Of a stretch of 64,000 nucleotides of DNA, positions 12,217-24,100 are shown piece after piece. Location: assembly GCF_050920415.1 (NCBI RefSeq), contig NZ_CP169309.1; one strand, 5' to 3'. The DNA is from Escherichia coli (lineage in GTDB: Bacteria; Pseudomonadota; Gammaproteobacteria; Enterobacterales; Enterobacteriaceae). A program made the position numbers and the translations under genes. Every line of letters begins with the position of its first letter. Positions within the stretch are counted from its first letter, which is position 1. The notes beneath the pieces were generated by a model, which saw nothing but the letters and a program-made list of their open reading frames with translations, searched no databases and had not been told where the DNA came from.

Positions 12217-12969
12217 ATGATCCCGGAAAAGCGAATTATACGGCGCATTCAGTCTGGCGGTTGTGCTATCCATTGCCAGGATTGCAGCATCAGCCAGCTT
12301 TGCATCCCGTTCACACTCAACGAACATGAGCTTGATCAGCTTGATAATATCATTGAGCGAAAGAAGCCTATTCAGAAAGGCCAGACGCTGTTTAAGGCTG
12401 GTGATGAACTTAAATCGCTTTATGCCATCCGCTCCGGTACGATTAAAAGTTATACCATTACTGAGCAAGGCGACGAGCAAATCACTGGTTTCCATTTAGC
12501 TGGTGACCTGGTGGGATTTGATGCAATCGGCAGCGGTCATCACCCGAGCTTCGCGCAGGCGCTGGAAACCTCGATGGTATGTGAAATTCCGTTCGAAACG
12601 CTGGACGATTTGTCCGGTAAAATGCCGAATCTGCGTCAGCAGATGATGCGTCTGATGAGCGGTGAAATCAAAGGCGATCAGGACATGATCCTGCTGTTGT
12701 CGAAGAAAAATGCCGAGGAACGTCTGGCTGCATTCATCTACAACCTGTCCCGTCGTTTTGCCCAACGCGGCTTCTCCCCTCGTGAATTCCGCCTGACGAT
12801 GACTCGTGGCGATATCGGTAACTATCTGGGCCTGACGGTAGAAACCATCAGCCGTCTGCTGGGTCGCTTCCAGAAAAGCGGCATGCTGGCAGTCAAAGGT
12901 AAATACATCACCATCGAAAATAACGATGCGCTGGCCCAGCTTGCTGGTCACACGCGTAACGTTGCCTGA
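12217..12969 (+). CDS. fnr: fumarate/nitrate reduction regulator FNR (CRP/FNR family)
   Basis: 250 aa from [23 protein letters not shown]; N-terminal Cys cluster and C-terminal HTH; upstream ATG of track ORF rejected. Confidence 0.92.
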
Positions 12970-13120
12970 TTTTTCCGCATCACTCACTATCCTTCTGTCA
13001 TATCATTAAATTTTTCTGATTTATTGATCTGGCAGAAGGTTCATCACTGTTTCATTCACCAGATATGGGTTAATCTTTTAATTACAAACTGCGTTGACAG
13101 TTGTTGTAAGGAGACCCTGT

Positions 13121-14071
13121 ATGGCTATGTATCACAACATGCTCGTTGTTATCGATCCTAACCAGGACGACCAACCAGCATTGCGGCGAGCTGTTTATTT
13201 ACATCAACGGATTGGTGGCAAAATTAAAGCCTTTTTGCCGATCTATGACTTCTCATACGAAATGACCACCCTGCTCTCCCCGGACGAACGTACCGCTATG
13301 CGTCAGGGCGTCATCAGCCAACGAACAGCCTGGATCCACGAGCAGGCAAAATATTATCTCAATGCTGGCGTTCCCATTGAAATTAAAGTGGTCTGGCATA
13401 ACCGTCCATTCGAAGCCATCATTCAGGAAGTGATCAGCGGCGGGCACGATTTGGTGCTAAAAATGGCGCACCAACATGACCGTCTGGAAGCGGTGATTTT
13501 TACGCCAACGGACTGGCATCTGTTACGCAAATGCCCAAGCCCGGTGTGGATGGTGAAAGACCAGCCGTGGCCGGAAGGGGGTAAGGCGCTGGTGGCGGTG
13601 AATCTCGCCAGTGAAGAGCCGTACCATAATGCGCTCAATGAAAAACTGGTCAAAGAGACGATCGAACTGGCAGAACAAGTCAACCATACCGAAGTTCATC
13701 TGGTTGGCGCTTATCCGGTAACGCCAATTAATATCGCGATTGAACTGCCGGAATTTGACCCGAGCGTTTATAACGATGCCATTCGTGGGCAACATTTGCT
13801 GGCAATGAAAGCTCTGCGGCAGAAATTCGGCATTAATGAAAACATGACACACGTAGAAAAAGGTCTGCCCGAAGAGGTGATTCCTGATTTGGCGGAGCAC
13901 TTACAGGCGGGGATTGTGGTTCTGGGCACGGTCGGACGCACCGGTATTTCAGCAGCATTCCTTGGCAACACGGCGGAACAGGTGATTGATCATCTTCGCT
14001 GCGACCTGCTGGTCATTAAACCTGACCAGTATCAGACACCCGTTGAACTGGATGACGAAGAAGACGATTAA
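13121..14071 (+). CDS. uspE: universal stress protein E (tandem Usp domains)
   Basis: 316 aa from [10 protein letters not shown] with AAGGAG RBS; C-terminal DDEEDD. Confidence 0.9.
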   Translation: MAMYHNMLVVIDPNQDDQPALRRAVYLHQRIGGKIKAFLPIYDFSYEMTTLLSPDERTAMRQGVISQRTAWIHEQAKYYLNAGVPIEIKVVWHNRPFEAIIQEVISGGHDLVLKMAHQHDRLEAVIFTPTDWHLLRKCPSPVWMVKDQPWPEGGKALVAVNLASEEPYHNALNEKLVKETIELAEQVNHTEVHLVGAYPVTPINIAIELPEFDPSVYNDAIRGQHLLAMKALRQKFGINENMTHVEKGLPEEVIPDLAEHLQAGIVVLGTVGRTGISAAFLGNTAEQVIDHLRCDLLVIKPDQYQTPVELDDEEDD

Positions 14072-14120
14072 CGACTCTTCAATAACTGACAAGGCCCGAG
14101 TTATCGGGCCTATTTTTTAC

Positions 14121-14378
14121 TTACTGCTCTTCGCCGCCAAGGAAATAAATACCCAACGGGATTGCCAGCAACACAGTAAAGACCAGGCTATAAACAAAAA
14201 TCATCGATGACTGAATCACATACATTGATGTCGTCCACTCAGACAGCGGAATATTGTACTGTTCTATAACGCCGCCGATGGTCGCGCGAGTCACAACCGA
14301 CGCCGCAATAATGAAAACCGCCAACAAACCAAAGAGAAATTTCTTCCCTTTCGCTGACTTCAGTTTCGCCATAATCAT
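14121..14378 (-). CDS. ynaJ: small inner membrane protein YnaJ
   Basis: 85 aa, two hydrophobic helices; conserved position next to uspE. Confidence 0.7.
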   Translation of the reverse strand: MIMAKLKSAKGKKFLFGLLAVFIIAASVVTRATIGGVIEQYNIPLSEWTTSMYVIQSSMIFVYSLVFTVLLAIPLGIYFLGGEEQ

Positions 14379-14621
14379 GATGTAATCCTTGTGCAGACAA
14401 ATTTCTTGTTACCTAAACGTAACAATACCATGACATTTCACCGTTGTCTGCTCTGAAAACCTCACCTCTTAGCTGGATTTACAATCAACGCATTGATTAG
14501 TTAGCTAATGTTGCTACTTCCTTCCCTGACTATTGATGATCTGAATGAATTGTCGCGGTAAAATAGCCCCGCCAGGGGTTTCCGGCATGACGACAATTAT
14601 CTGGAGGAGCCTGATAAAACA

Positions 14622-15653
14622 ATGATCGCTGAACTGTTTACAAATAATGCGCTTAATCTGGTCATTATTTTCGGTAGCTGCGCAGCATTGATTCTGATGA
14701 GCTTTTGGTTTCGCCGCGGAAATCGTAAAAGAAAAGGATTTTTATTCCATGCGGTGCAATTTTTCATCTACACCATAATTATCAGTGCTGTTGGTAGCAT
14801 CATTAATTATGTTATAGAAAACTACAAACTCCAATTTATCACTCCAGGCGTTATCGATTTTATCTGTACGTCCCTGATTGCTGTTATTCTGACGATTAAG
14901 TTATTTCTGCTGATTAATCAGTTTGAAAAACAGCAGATTAAAAAAGGTCGTGATATCACCAGTGCGCGGATTATGTCGCGTATCATCAAAATCACCATTA
15001 TTGTGGTACTTGTTTTGCTTTATGGCGAACATTTCGGCATGAGCCTTTCTGGCTTGCTGACCTTTGGTGGTATTGGTGGTCTGGCTGTTGGTATGGCCGG
15101 TAAAGATATTCTGAGTAACTTCTTTTCCGGGATTATGCTCTATTTCGACCGTCCTTTCAGTATTGGCGACTGGATCCGTTCACCGGACAGAAATATCGAA
15201 GGTACAGTAGCGGAAATTGGCTGGCGAATTACCAAAATTACGACCTTTGATAATCGTCCGTTATACGTCCCGAACTCGCTGTTTTCGTCTATCAGCGTAG
15301 AAAACCCGGGGCGAATGACCAACCGACGTATTACCACGACAATCGGTTTACGTTATGAGGATGCGGCAAAAGTGGGAGCCATTGTCGAAGCCGTACGTGA
15401 GATGCTTAAAAATCACCCGGCCATCGACCAGCGACAAACCTTACTGGTTTATTTCAACCAGTTTGCTGACTCGTCATTGAATATTATGGTTTATTGCTTT
15501 ACCAAAACCACAGTATGGGCTGAATGGCTTGCCGCCCAGCAGGATGTTTATTTGAAGATTATCGATATTGTACAGTCACACGGCGCGGATTTCGCGTTCC
15601 CAAGCCAGACGCTGTATATGGATAACATTACACCACCAGACCAGGGTCGTTAA
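14622..15653 (+). CDS. ynaI: MscS-family mechanosensitive channel YnaI
   Basis: 343 aa; N-terminal TM helices followed by MscS beta-domain-like region. Confidence 0.8.
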   Translation: MIAELFTNNALNLVIIFGSCAALILMSFWFRRGNRKRKGFLFHAVQFFIYTIIISAVGSIINYVIENYKLQFITPGVIDFICTSLIAVILTIKLFLLINQFEKQQIKKGRDITSARIMSRIIKITIIVVLVLLYGEHFGMSLSGLLTFGGIGGLAVGMAGKDILSNFFSGIMLYFDRPFSIGDWIRSPDRNIEGTVAEIGWRITKITTFDNRPLYVPNSLFSSISVENPGRMTNRRITTTIGLRYEDAAKVGAIVEAVREMLKNHPAIDQRQTLLVYFNQFADSSLNIMVYCFTKTTVWAEWLAAQQDVYLKIIDIVQSHGADFAFPSQTLYMDNITPPDQGR

Positions 15654-15698
15654 TTCAGACATCACTGGCGTTACCCACAAGGGTAACGCCAGTTCACA

Positions 15699-17309
15699 TC
15701 AATGTTTCACAATATACATAGTCCGGCTATACGCCACATCTTCCGGGTTATTAATGGGATAACCTTTCAGCCACGGCTTGATTAATCGTCCATTGGTATA
15801 TTGATAAATTGGTGCAATCGGTGCTTGCTCCATGAGGATTTTTTCTGCCGCATTGTAATCGGCATTACGCGCTTTAACGGTATTTTCCGTCGATGCCTGG
15901 GCCAAAACTTTGTCGTAGGCCGGGTTGTTAAAGCGTGAAATGTTGCCTGAATGCGTTGACGTTAATAATGTCAGGAAGGTGGAGGGTTCATTATAATCCC
16001 CCACCCACGAGGCGCGGATAACATCAAAATTACCTGTATTACGACTATCGATATAGGTTTTCCATTCCTGATTTTGCAGTTTGACATCTACACCAAGGTT
16101 CTTTTTCCACATCGATGCCACAGCAATCGCAATTTTTTGATGGTTTTCTGAAGTATTATACAAAAGCGTCAGCTTCAGCGGTTTTTGCGGACCATAACCG
16201 GCTGCGCTCAACAAAGTTTTTGCCTGCGCATTCAGTTCTTCCTGACTCATTTGTTCAAACGGCGAAGGCTCCGGCGTGAATCCGGCAGTAACATCTGGCG
16301 TAAAATGCCACGCTGGTTTTTCGCCCGTCCCCAACACTTTTTCGGTCATCAGGCGGCGATCTATCGTCATACTTAATGCCAGACGAACGCGCTGATCTGC
16401 CGTCGGCCCTTTTTGCGTGTTAAACGCATAATAATAGGTTCCGAGCTGCGGCGGTGTATAAACCTGCCCCGGAATATCCTTCAACAGCTTCTGATACATA
16501 TTTTTGGGGAAGGATTCGGTGATATCAATATCCCCCGCGAGATAACGCTTAGTGGCTGCGGATTCCTGATTAATTGGCAGGAAGGTCACTTTTTGCAACA
16601 CCGTTTTGGCGTTATCCCAATAATGGGTATTTGGCACCACGACCAGTTTTTCATTGACTACACGCTCTTTAAGAACATAAGCGCCATTGCCGACCAGATT
16701 TCCGGGTTTCGTCCACTCTTTCCCGCTTTCTACGTTAGCTTTTTGCACCGGGAAGAAGGCAAAATTGGCTGTTAAATTCACAAACCACGGCAACGGTTTA
16801 TCAAGCTGGATTTTCAAAGTACGGGCATCAACCGCGGTGACGCCTAGCTGATCAGGCGTAGCTTTACCATCAATAATCGCCTGTGCGTTGTTGATTCCCG
16901 CCAGCGCGGCAAACCAGGCAAACGGCGACAACGTTTTTGGGTCAACCAGACGTTGCCAGCTGTAGACAAAATCCTGTGCCGTTACCGGTGTGCCATCCGC
17001 CCATTTTGCGTTATCGCGCAGGGTGAAAGTCCAGATACGGTTGTCATTACTTTTCCACTGAGTCGCAACGCCGGGGACAATCTCCCCTTTCTCGTTCTGA
17101 TTCACCAGTCCTTCAAAAAGATCGCGAATGACCTGAATCTCTGGCAGACCCACGGCTTTAGCGGGATCCAGCGACGCAGGCTCATCTTTAATATGGCGCA
17201 CCAGCTCCTGCTTCTCTGCCAGTACTGTGCCGCTCGGAACTTCTGCAGCATACGAAAGAGACATTATGCAAAGTGGCAAAAACGATATATAAATCATGAT
17301 TTTATTCAT
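15699..17309 (-). CDS. mppA: murein tripeptide-binding periplasmic protein MppA (OppA paralogue) with replaced N-terminal signal peptide
   Basis: family-5 SBP sequence; mature part from SLSYAAEVPSG matches MppA; N-terminus MNKIMIYISFLPLCIM differs from the K-12 sequence as I recall it; start at 17309 chosen within longer track ORF. Confidence 0.78.
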   Translation of the reverse strand: MNKIMIYISFLPLCIMSLSYAAEVPSGTVLAEKQELVRHIKDEPASLDPAKAVGLPEIQVIRDLFEGLVNQNEKGEIVPGVATQWKSNDNRIWTFTLRDNAKWADGTPVTAQDFVYSWQRLVDPKTLSPFAWFAALAGINNAQAIIDGKATPDQLGVTAVDARTLKIQLDKPLPWFVNLTANFAFFPVQKANVESGKEWTKPGNLVGNGAYVLKERVVNEKLVVVPNTHYWDNAKTVLQKVTFLPINQESAATKRYLAGDIDITESFPKNMYQKLLKDIPGQVYTPPQLGTYYYAFNTQKGPTADQRVRLALSMTIDRRLMTEKVLGTGEKPAWHFTPDVTAGFTPEPSPFEQMSQEELNAQAKTLLSAAGYGPQKPLKLTLLYNTSENHQKIAIAVASMWKKNLGVDVKLQNQEWKTYIDSRNTGNFDVIRASWVGDYNEPSTFLTLLTSTHSGNISRFNNPAYDKVLAQASTENTVKARNADYNAAEKILMEQAPIAPIYQYTNGRLIKPWLKGYPINNPEDVAYSRTMYIVKH

Positions 17310-17351
17310 ATATTTTTTAACCTTAAAATAATATGGTACACACAATGGTAC

Positions 17352-17381
17352 ACAAAAAGAAACGAGGCGTTAGCCTCGTTT
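17352..17381 (-). terminator. rho-independent terminator after tail fiber gene
   Basis: hairpin aacgaggc-gtta-gcctcgtt followed on minus strand by TCTTTTTGTG. Confidence 0.55.
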
Positions 17382-17409
17382 CGCGGCGATGTTCTTCGCA
17401 CATCACCTC

Positions 17410-19782
17410 TTATTCTTCGCTTCCGGTCAACTGCTTAACAAGCGCAACCAGTTCGCTAACCTGATTTTCAAGATTGGTGATACGTTCATCCATGACAGTA
17501 ATGTTAGCACGTAAGCTGGCGTTTTCTTCTTCCAGTGCTGTAGCTTTCAACATTAAGGATTGTGTAACGTGCATTGTATCGAGCAATAAAGGCGTAGTAT
17601 CAAGCTCTTTCACCTCTATTTCTTTGTTGTTATTATCATAATGTGTTCTTGTTTTTACATATAACGGATCTATTAGTTCGGCTGATTGTGAAATAATGCC
17701 ACGCCGCACTCTTTCTTTTTCATCACCATTGAATACGAATGTTACGAAATCAAGGTTTTCTAAATTGCTCCACGCTTTATCTACGGTAGCGTGCTGCACA
17801 TTATGCTTAAATCTAATATCAGATATTGCATTTTTAGTAACCGTTGAGGTTTCTGTTACGGAATAATTATCCCATTTGGTAAAGTAAATGTTTGAATCAA
17901 ACGGGGCAATTTCAAGTCTTACTCCGTATTTGTTATCACTATCACCAACGCAGTTTAATGAAGTCCTAGCAAAACTAGTGGTATTGTGATGAATTAAACC
18001 GAGACTATACCAAGTCGCATACCCCGCTGAGGATGCTTGCCCTGCACTAAAATTGGAATTAAACGACCAGTTTTCACCTATATTAGTGTAAGGTACAACG
18101 AATGTTGCGCCGTGCGTTGGGATCTCACCCCAACTTAAAAGTTTTTGCGTTGTAGCCCTAAATGATGCTGATTCAAAAAGCCCGCTATCATTTACCGTAA
18201 TTCTCCCCTTGTTCCCTGATGTTTTATTTTCAACTTCAATAACTGCATAGTGGGATTGATCGATATACGCATCACCCCACATCGACACTTCGCATTCTGA
18301 GGCGTCACCGATCTTGTATACGGATTTTACAACACCTGTAGTTGATTTTGTTCCGGTTGATAGCCTTGTTTTGTCGGCGTTAATTACGCTCCAGGATGTA
18401 TTTGCAGCGGTAAAGCCACCAGATGCACGGATCACCCATACACCAACAAAGTTTCGTGTAAGAATTTCATCTGTTGATGCTCCATAAATCGGGCTACACC
18501 GTGACGCATCAAAAGTACATGTATTATAACGGCCTTCCAAAGCGGTTGTACCGCTAGGAATTGCATCACCTACACCGTCAGGAAATACACTGTTATCGGA
18601 GGAAAATGCACCATAAGATGTGCCAATGGCTTGCGCGTAACTCCCACCGGAATAAGTGGTAAAATAACCAGTAATATTTGGCGCGGCTGATTCAAATAGT
18701 TGTCCGTTTGCACTACTAACGCCACCATCACCTCGACCATAAAGCGCTCTGATCGATCCTTCTTGTATACCGTTTTTATCGGGAACGCGGAAAGTTGTTT
18801 CTCCGTCACCCGTGGAATATTTACCGCGTTGGAATTTATCAGCCAGCCATTCAGAATCATCTATAGCGCCCACCATTTGAGCGTAAGCCCACAATTCAGG
18901 CCAATCTGCACGGTTAAGTAATTGCCCGTCCGATGTAACCTCATAAGGCTGAATATAAGCGCGGCTATCGCGTAAGTGGAAATCCCCTACGCCGTAATTC
19001 ATAACACCGTTCATTGTTGGTCCGACTGTACCACTATTGATATAGTTCATTACCCAACGCATTGTTACAGCGTCGTAATCACTTACCGGATCGCCTGCTA
19101 ATGGCGTTGAACCTATTGGGCGAACGTTCAACCAGGCCGCCGCTCGGTCGGCAAGATCGGAAAGGTTATTTTGTATTCTTAGAAATGAATCCGGGTTTAT
19201 GTCGTTTTTGTACCCTTCCGCTATGTTTTTATATTCTTCGGCGTTAGCGGCGCTTTCTGCTGCGTTTACTGCCGCCCCTGTTGCGGTAACAGCCCCTTCT
19301 TCTGCTGTTTGTGCTGCTGCTTCTGCTGCTGCTTTAGATGATTCGGCGTCTGTTTTGTATTGCTGAGTTGTCGCTTTATCTGCGCTTACTTGCGCTGAGT
19401 CCGTGTGAACTTGGTTAACTAGTGCTATCAATCCATCAAGATCAAATTCCTGAAAAAATTCAACTGCGTTTGCAATTTCGGTTTCCTTGCCCTGATAGTA
19501 ACGCAGAGTTTCAGCAACATCTTGCGCTAAACCATCTACAGAAATCGAGTCTGAAAGCAGAATACTGAATTTTGTCCCGGCAGATATTGCAGGGTCGGCC
19601 GCAGGAGTTACTGATAATTCAGTTCCGCTCTTAATTTCGGTGATGGTAAATATCTGCACAGGATCGCTAACTGCAATCAGCGTGCACCCTTCCCGGATGA
19701 GCGAAAGCGGCGCGGTGAAGCTTGTCCCCAAGCCTGTAACAGTGTTACCACTAATAGCTATTGTTCCTGTTGTATAAATCAT
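17410..19782 (-). CDS. phage tail fiber protein with C-terminal intramolecular chaperone (peptidase S74-like) domain
   Basis: 790 aa; Ala/Glu-rich coiled region; C-terminal SDIRFKHN motif typical of self-cleaving chaperone domains; terminal coiled coil; GGAG RBS. Confidence 0.72.
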   Translation of the reverse strand: MIYTTGTIAISGNTVTGLGTSFTAPLSLIREGCTLIAVSDPVQIFTITEIKSGTELSVTPAADPAISAGTKFSILLSDSISVDGLAQDVAETLRYYQGKETEIANAVEFFQEFDLDGLIALVNQVHTDSAQVSADKATTQQYKTDAESSKAAAEAAAQTAEEGAVTATGAAVNAAESAANAEEYKNIAEGYKNDINPDSFLRIQNNLSDLADRAAAWLNVRPIGSTPLAGDPVSDYDAVTMRWVMNYINSGTVGPTMNGVMNYGVGDFHLRDSRAYIQPYEVTSDGQLLNRADWPELWAYAQMVGAIDDSEWLADKFQRGKYSTGDGETTFRVPDKNGIQEGSIRALYGRGDGGVSSANGQLFESAAPNITGYFTTYSGGSYAQAIGTSYGAFSSDNSVFPDGVGDAIPSGTTALEGRYNTCTFDASRCSPIYGASTDEILTRNFVGVWVIRASGGFTAANTSWSVINADKTRLSTGTKSTTGVVKSVYKIGDASECEVSMWGDAYIDQSHYAVIEVENKTSGNKGRITVNDSGLFESASFRATTQKLLSWGEIPTHGATFVVPYTNIGENWSFNSNFSAGQASSAGYATWYSLGLIHHNTTSFARTSLNCVGDSDNKYGVRLEIAPFDSNIYFTKWDNYSVTETSTVTKNAISDIRFKHNVQHATVDKAWSNLENLDFVTFVFNGDEKERVRRGIISQSAELIDPLYVKTRTHYDNNNKEIEVKELDTTPLLLDTMHVTQSLMLKATALEEENASLRANITVMDERITNLENQVSELVALVKQLTGSEE

Positions 19783-19941
19783 CTCAACAACTCCATAATG
19801 TTAACTTATGTGTCAATTCTACCATTTTGCGATCTGTGTTACATTTCTGTCTTATACAAAATGTATTTGTTGATTTACATCAATGTTGTGAAAATGCGGT
19901 TTGTGGATACTACAACCAACGAAACAACGGAGGGTAAGACA

Positions 19942-20181
19942 ATGAAAGGCTTAAAAAATATCGCTATCGCTGCAATGGTTGCTGGTCTGGTTGGTTGTGC
20001 TGATATGCCGAAACGTGAATGCACGGCAATTTATCAAACTGGCGGTAATGAGTATGCGGTTGCAGTCTTCGGTGTCGCGGATGTTGGTGGTCACAAAATG
20101 GCTAAGGCTGGGTATCCATTTAATTTTCAATGGGTGAGCGTTGACCACTTCAAGAAAACGGATTGCCCGGAATTGAATTAA
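19942..20181 (+). CDS. small lipoprotein (moron, opposite strand to tail genes)
   Basis: 79 aa; GGAGGG RBS; signal peptide with lipobox LVGC; own upstream promoter-like element. Confidence 0.5.
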   Translation: MKGLKNIAIAAMVAGLVGCADMPKRECTAIYQTGGNEYAVAVFGVADVGGHKMAKAGYPFNFQWVSVDHFKKTDCPELN

Positions 20182-20771
20182 TCATAGGCGTCGGTTTTAA
20201 TGGCGGTGATAGCGTTCCCGTGGTTAATATAGCCAGTTGGTGCATATACGCTACCCGCCTGGATGCCGTAAATTCTAGTTGTGCTTCCGTTGTAATAAGC
20301 CGCCGCATAAATGGATGCACTACCCTGTCCAACGAGCGCCCCTAACAATTGGGGGCAAATAGCATAAGAACCGGATAACGTTTGGTCTATATAAATTCCG
20401 CCGCTTGATCCTGCCGTCCCAACGGTTACAAGGTCTGTTAATATTCTTGATTCATTAGTTAGCACTAGTTCCCCGGAAGCGTTCCAAATAGCCATTCCCC
20501 ACTTCGGCAGCGATGGCGGGAAAATAGTGAAAATATACGCATACCCCGAACCAGCCCCGATTAGTAAAGTTGATGGGCTATTTCTATAAGCTAATACAGC
20601 GGCGGCGGTAGTGCTTTTTACAAATACCATCACGGGCTTCCCGGATGGCACGGCGACGGTTTGATTCGATGATGTTAATGTCACCCGTTCATATAAGCAA
20701 AGCGGCGTTGCTTCCGGTGTAACGAAAATATTCCCGTTACTTAATCTCAAATAAGCTCCGAAGGTTGCCAT
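20178..20771 (-). CDS. hypothetical phage tail-associated protein (MATFG paralogue, 197 aa)
   Basis: start overlaps stop of upstream paralogue (TAATG); shares N-terminal MATFG with 20771..21082; Gly/Ser/Thr/Ala-rich. Confidence 0.4.
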   Translation of the reverse strand: MATFGAYLRLSNGNIFVTPEATPLCLYERVTLTSSNQTVAVPSGKPVMVFVKSTTAAAVLAYRNSPSTLLIGAGSGYAYIFTIFPPSLPKWGMAIWNASGELVLTNESRILTDLVTVGTAGSSGGIYIDQTLSGSYAICPQLLGALVGQGSASIYAAAYYNGSTTRIYGIQAGSVYAPTGYINHGNAITAIKTDAYD

Positions 20772-21082
20772 TAAGCCACCTCCGCAAATATAACAATTTC
20801 ACACTGTGACGCGGGCCATATATTAGCGCCTACCGTATCCCCTGCCGAGGAAATGGAAACAGTACCACCCGAAATAGTGATCTTTCTGCGCGTCGTTGAC
20901 GTTGTGCCATAATCAAGCGTCATCCCATAAGATAATTTGCATCCGGTCGGCACTGTAAAGGTATATGTGCCGGATACCTGCCCGGATGATAAGGAAATAT
21001 AACCAACCACAACGGAAGGTTTAATTCCATAGTTATTAGCATTGCCGCTGGCGTCCCAGGTCGCTACGCCGAAAGTAGCCAT
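20771..21082 (-). CDS. hypothetical phage tail-associated protein (MATFG paralogue, 103 aa)
   Basis: AAGGAGG RBS; directly downstream of J. Confidence 0.4.
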   Translation of the reverse strand: MATFGVATWDASGNANNYGIKPSVVVGYISLSSGQVSGTYTFTVPTGCKLSYGMTLDYGTTSTTRRKITISGGTVSISSAGDTVGANIWPASQCEIVIFAEVA

Positions 21083-21134
21083 AATTACACCTCCTTAATA
21101 AAAAACTGAGGCCGAACAAGTCGGCCCCTTAATT

Positions 21135-24100
21135 CTACCATGATCCGGTAATTCGCCCAATCTGGACGCGCAAAACCCCGTTACCGTCTTTTACCGAAAT
21201 AGTGGTATTAGTTAATTTCATCGCGCCCTCACCACTCACCGCGCCGTAGTTTTCGAATGTCCCGCCTTTATCCAGTTTCCATCCGGTACTGCCGGAAACA
21301 TAGTTATTTGACTGGATGTAAGAACCTATTTTCGCGTTGGTGATTGAGGCGTCTTTTATAAATGCTTCGCGAACATACATAGCGCCGTTTTCAACATAAA
21401 ATGGTGTCGTATATGTGCCGTTGGCGGCTGTCATTAATACGAAGCGGTCAACAAGAAAAATACATTGTGATTGCGTATTTGCGCCATCACCAGTTACCCC
21501 AAGCGATATTCCTGACGCGTATTTCATACCGTTGTTATCAGTAGCGATCTTGAGACTCCAAGTTGCCGACATATCACCATTAATATTGGTAATTGCTGTT
21601 TTGTTTTCCTCAATAAGCACTGATTGCCCATTAATTGATGCGGTTACTTCGCTAATTTGCTGCGCGGTTGCTTTTTCAAGCGTAACCATTGCTTGTTCAA
21701 GGTTTGTGACCTTCCCTTGAATATCATCACTTATTTTTGCTTCAAGCTCTGATAATGCTTTTGCTGTTGCCTCTTTTTCCGTTGCGACAACTTCATCTAT
21801 ACGCGTGATCTCTGCTTTTGATTGTTTCAACTGAGCGGAAAGTGTGCGTCTTGATGTTGTTTGAGCTACGGAATTATTAAGAAGCGCAATGGAAACGTTT
21901 TGCAAGCGGGCGCGAGTTTGTGTTAGTTCGCTATCCTGTTCCGAAAGCTCGACACCTATTTCGTCAATACGACTTTCATGAACCCCTAACCCCTCTTCGT
22001 TATTCTGGACGCGATTAATTAGATCTGATGTGGTATCCTTCAGATCGGTAACATCCCCTTTAAGTGTGCTCGTGTCACTAATCAACCCTTGAAATTGCTC
22101 GCTTTCCATGACTTCTTTCGTCACGAAATCTGTAATTTCGTCGAAGTCCTCCGTAGGCTTCCCGGATGCCTCAATAAAATCTGACACACCGAACGCGTTG
22201 CGGGTGCGAATGTACACATAATACATGTGGCCTGTGCTCATGCCGCCGAACGTCCATTGATAACCACGTCCGGTATACTGCGCTGACGTGGTTATGGTTG
22301 CCGGATCCGTAATCCTGTTTTCTCCGGCGTAATAAAATTCATATGCCGTATCAGTGGTGAGTGTTGTTTTGCTTATCGGGTAGACAGTAGCCTGAAATAC
22401 ACCAGGCACCCAATTTACACCGACAGGCGCGGATGGCGCTCCAATCACCAGATCGACGATGCTTTCTGCACCCTTCATGCCAGTGTCATTTCTGCCGCGA
22501 ACACCTAACGTGTATGAACCAGCATCAATGCCATAAAAATCATAACTGTATTTCGTGGTTTCATAGCTTTTAACCACCGCACCATCTGCATTGTATATGC
22601 GGATCTCGAATGTCATGCGATGAGTGGTAGTCTGTGTCTCCCACGTTGCGCGGCATTGAACTGTTTCCGATCCAATGTTTACTACCTTCAGATTTTCGAT
22701 GTTCGGCACACGGAAGTGATTAAGCGTGTCGCTGTTGATTTCGAAGATTGCGCCTTCATCGACTACGGCTTGTTTGTTAGGGTCGTGCTGCGCGGCTTCG
22801 ATAGTGTATACGCTGTTATTTTGTGTTTCTGCTACGCTGGTGATCCTACACAAAACTGGTTTTGCTGCGTTAGTTGATACAGCAAAAACAGTGCCATTTC
22901 GAATCCATGTTGGGGCCGCAGCAAGGGTGATATTGTTTCCGTTAACTCCGGTGATCTGGTGTTTTTTAAATTTGCCATCGCTATCAAGAAGGCTTATTGT
23001 GTCGCCAGCGGTCACATATTCAGAATCAACCTTATCTACAGTGATCACACGTCCATTGTTAGAGACAATACGACCGCCTAAGCGAGCGCCAGCACGGTTA
23101 TTGTCGAGTATCTCGATGATATCACCTGGCGTAAAGTGAATCGCGTCACGGGCCATTTTAAACGTGAATTTTGAAGGCTCGCGCTTCGCTGTTTCTATCA
23201 GCCATTTACCCGCCCGGTGCGCTTGCCCGCGTGATGTACACCCGAAAGCCTCCAGCGTGGTTTCGTTGTAGCCGTCACGGGCGATTAGTTCATCATCTGC
23301 GACATACTCTTTTGATTGTTCCCAGCCGTTTTCCGGATCAGTCCATGACACAATTACCGCGTTGTAGCATTCTGATCGCGCGATACTTGAACGGGTAAAT
23401 GCACCATCCACGACGTTTGCGTTAGTGATGGTTGCGATTGGGTCTTGTGGTGCATCAATCATTATAGTAAGGCGCTGACCATCCCATAACGCTATACCAC
23501 GGAACATCCCGGCGATGTTGTCCAGTAGGTCGCGGGCGCTCATTTGCTCTGTGATGTACGCGTTTAGCGTGACGCGCGGCTCTAAGCCACCATAGCCATC
23601 ATCAACCAACTGATCGCAGTATTGAGAGAGCGTATACAAAGCACCATCATCAACATCGATATAACCAGCCTGTCGAGCAAGGCCAAAACGCTCGTTTTTA
23701 ACCAAGTAGCGGAATATCCACGCCGGGTTATTTGTGTATGCCTTTTTAAGTCCGCCAAGCCATAAACCGGAATAATTTCGTTTTTCCGGGTCGTAGTTAT
23801 CCGGTACATCGACAATCAGCCCACGCAGATGATAAGTGCGTGTAGGTGTATCGGAGTACTGGTCATGGTCAATTACCGCGCCAGCTACAGCAGTGTGAGG
23901 ATAAGACAAGTTATCGTCGATGATTTCGCTATAACTGTTCCAGCGGGTATCGTTCTGTAATAGGTCGCTTACACTATCAGCCGTCACGCGGCGCACGCGA
24001 ATATCAAATGGCTTTTCATCCGGCGCATCAATGATATGAGACTCCAGATATTCACCGCTAATCTTACCCGGACCGATTTGTACGGCCTTAACCGCCGACC

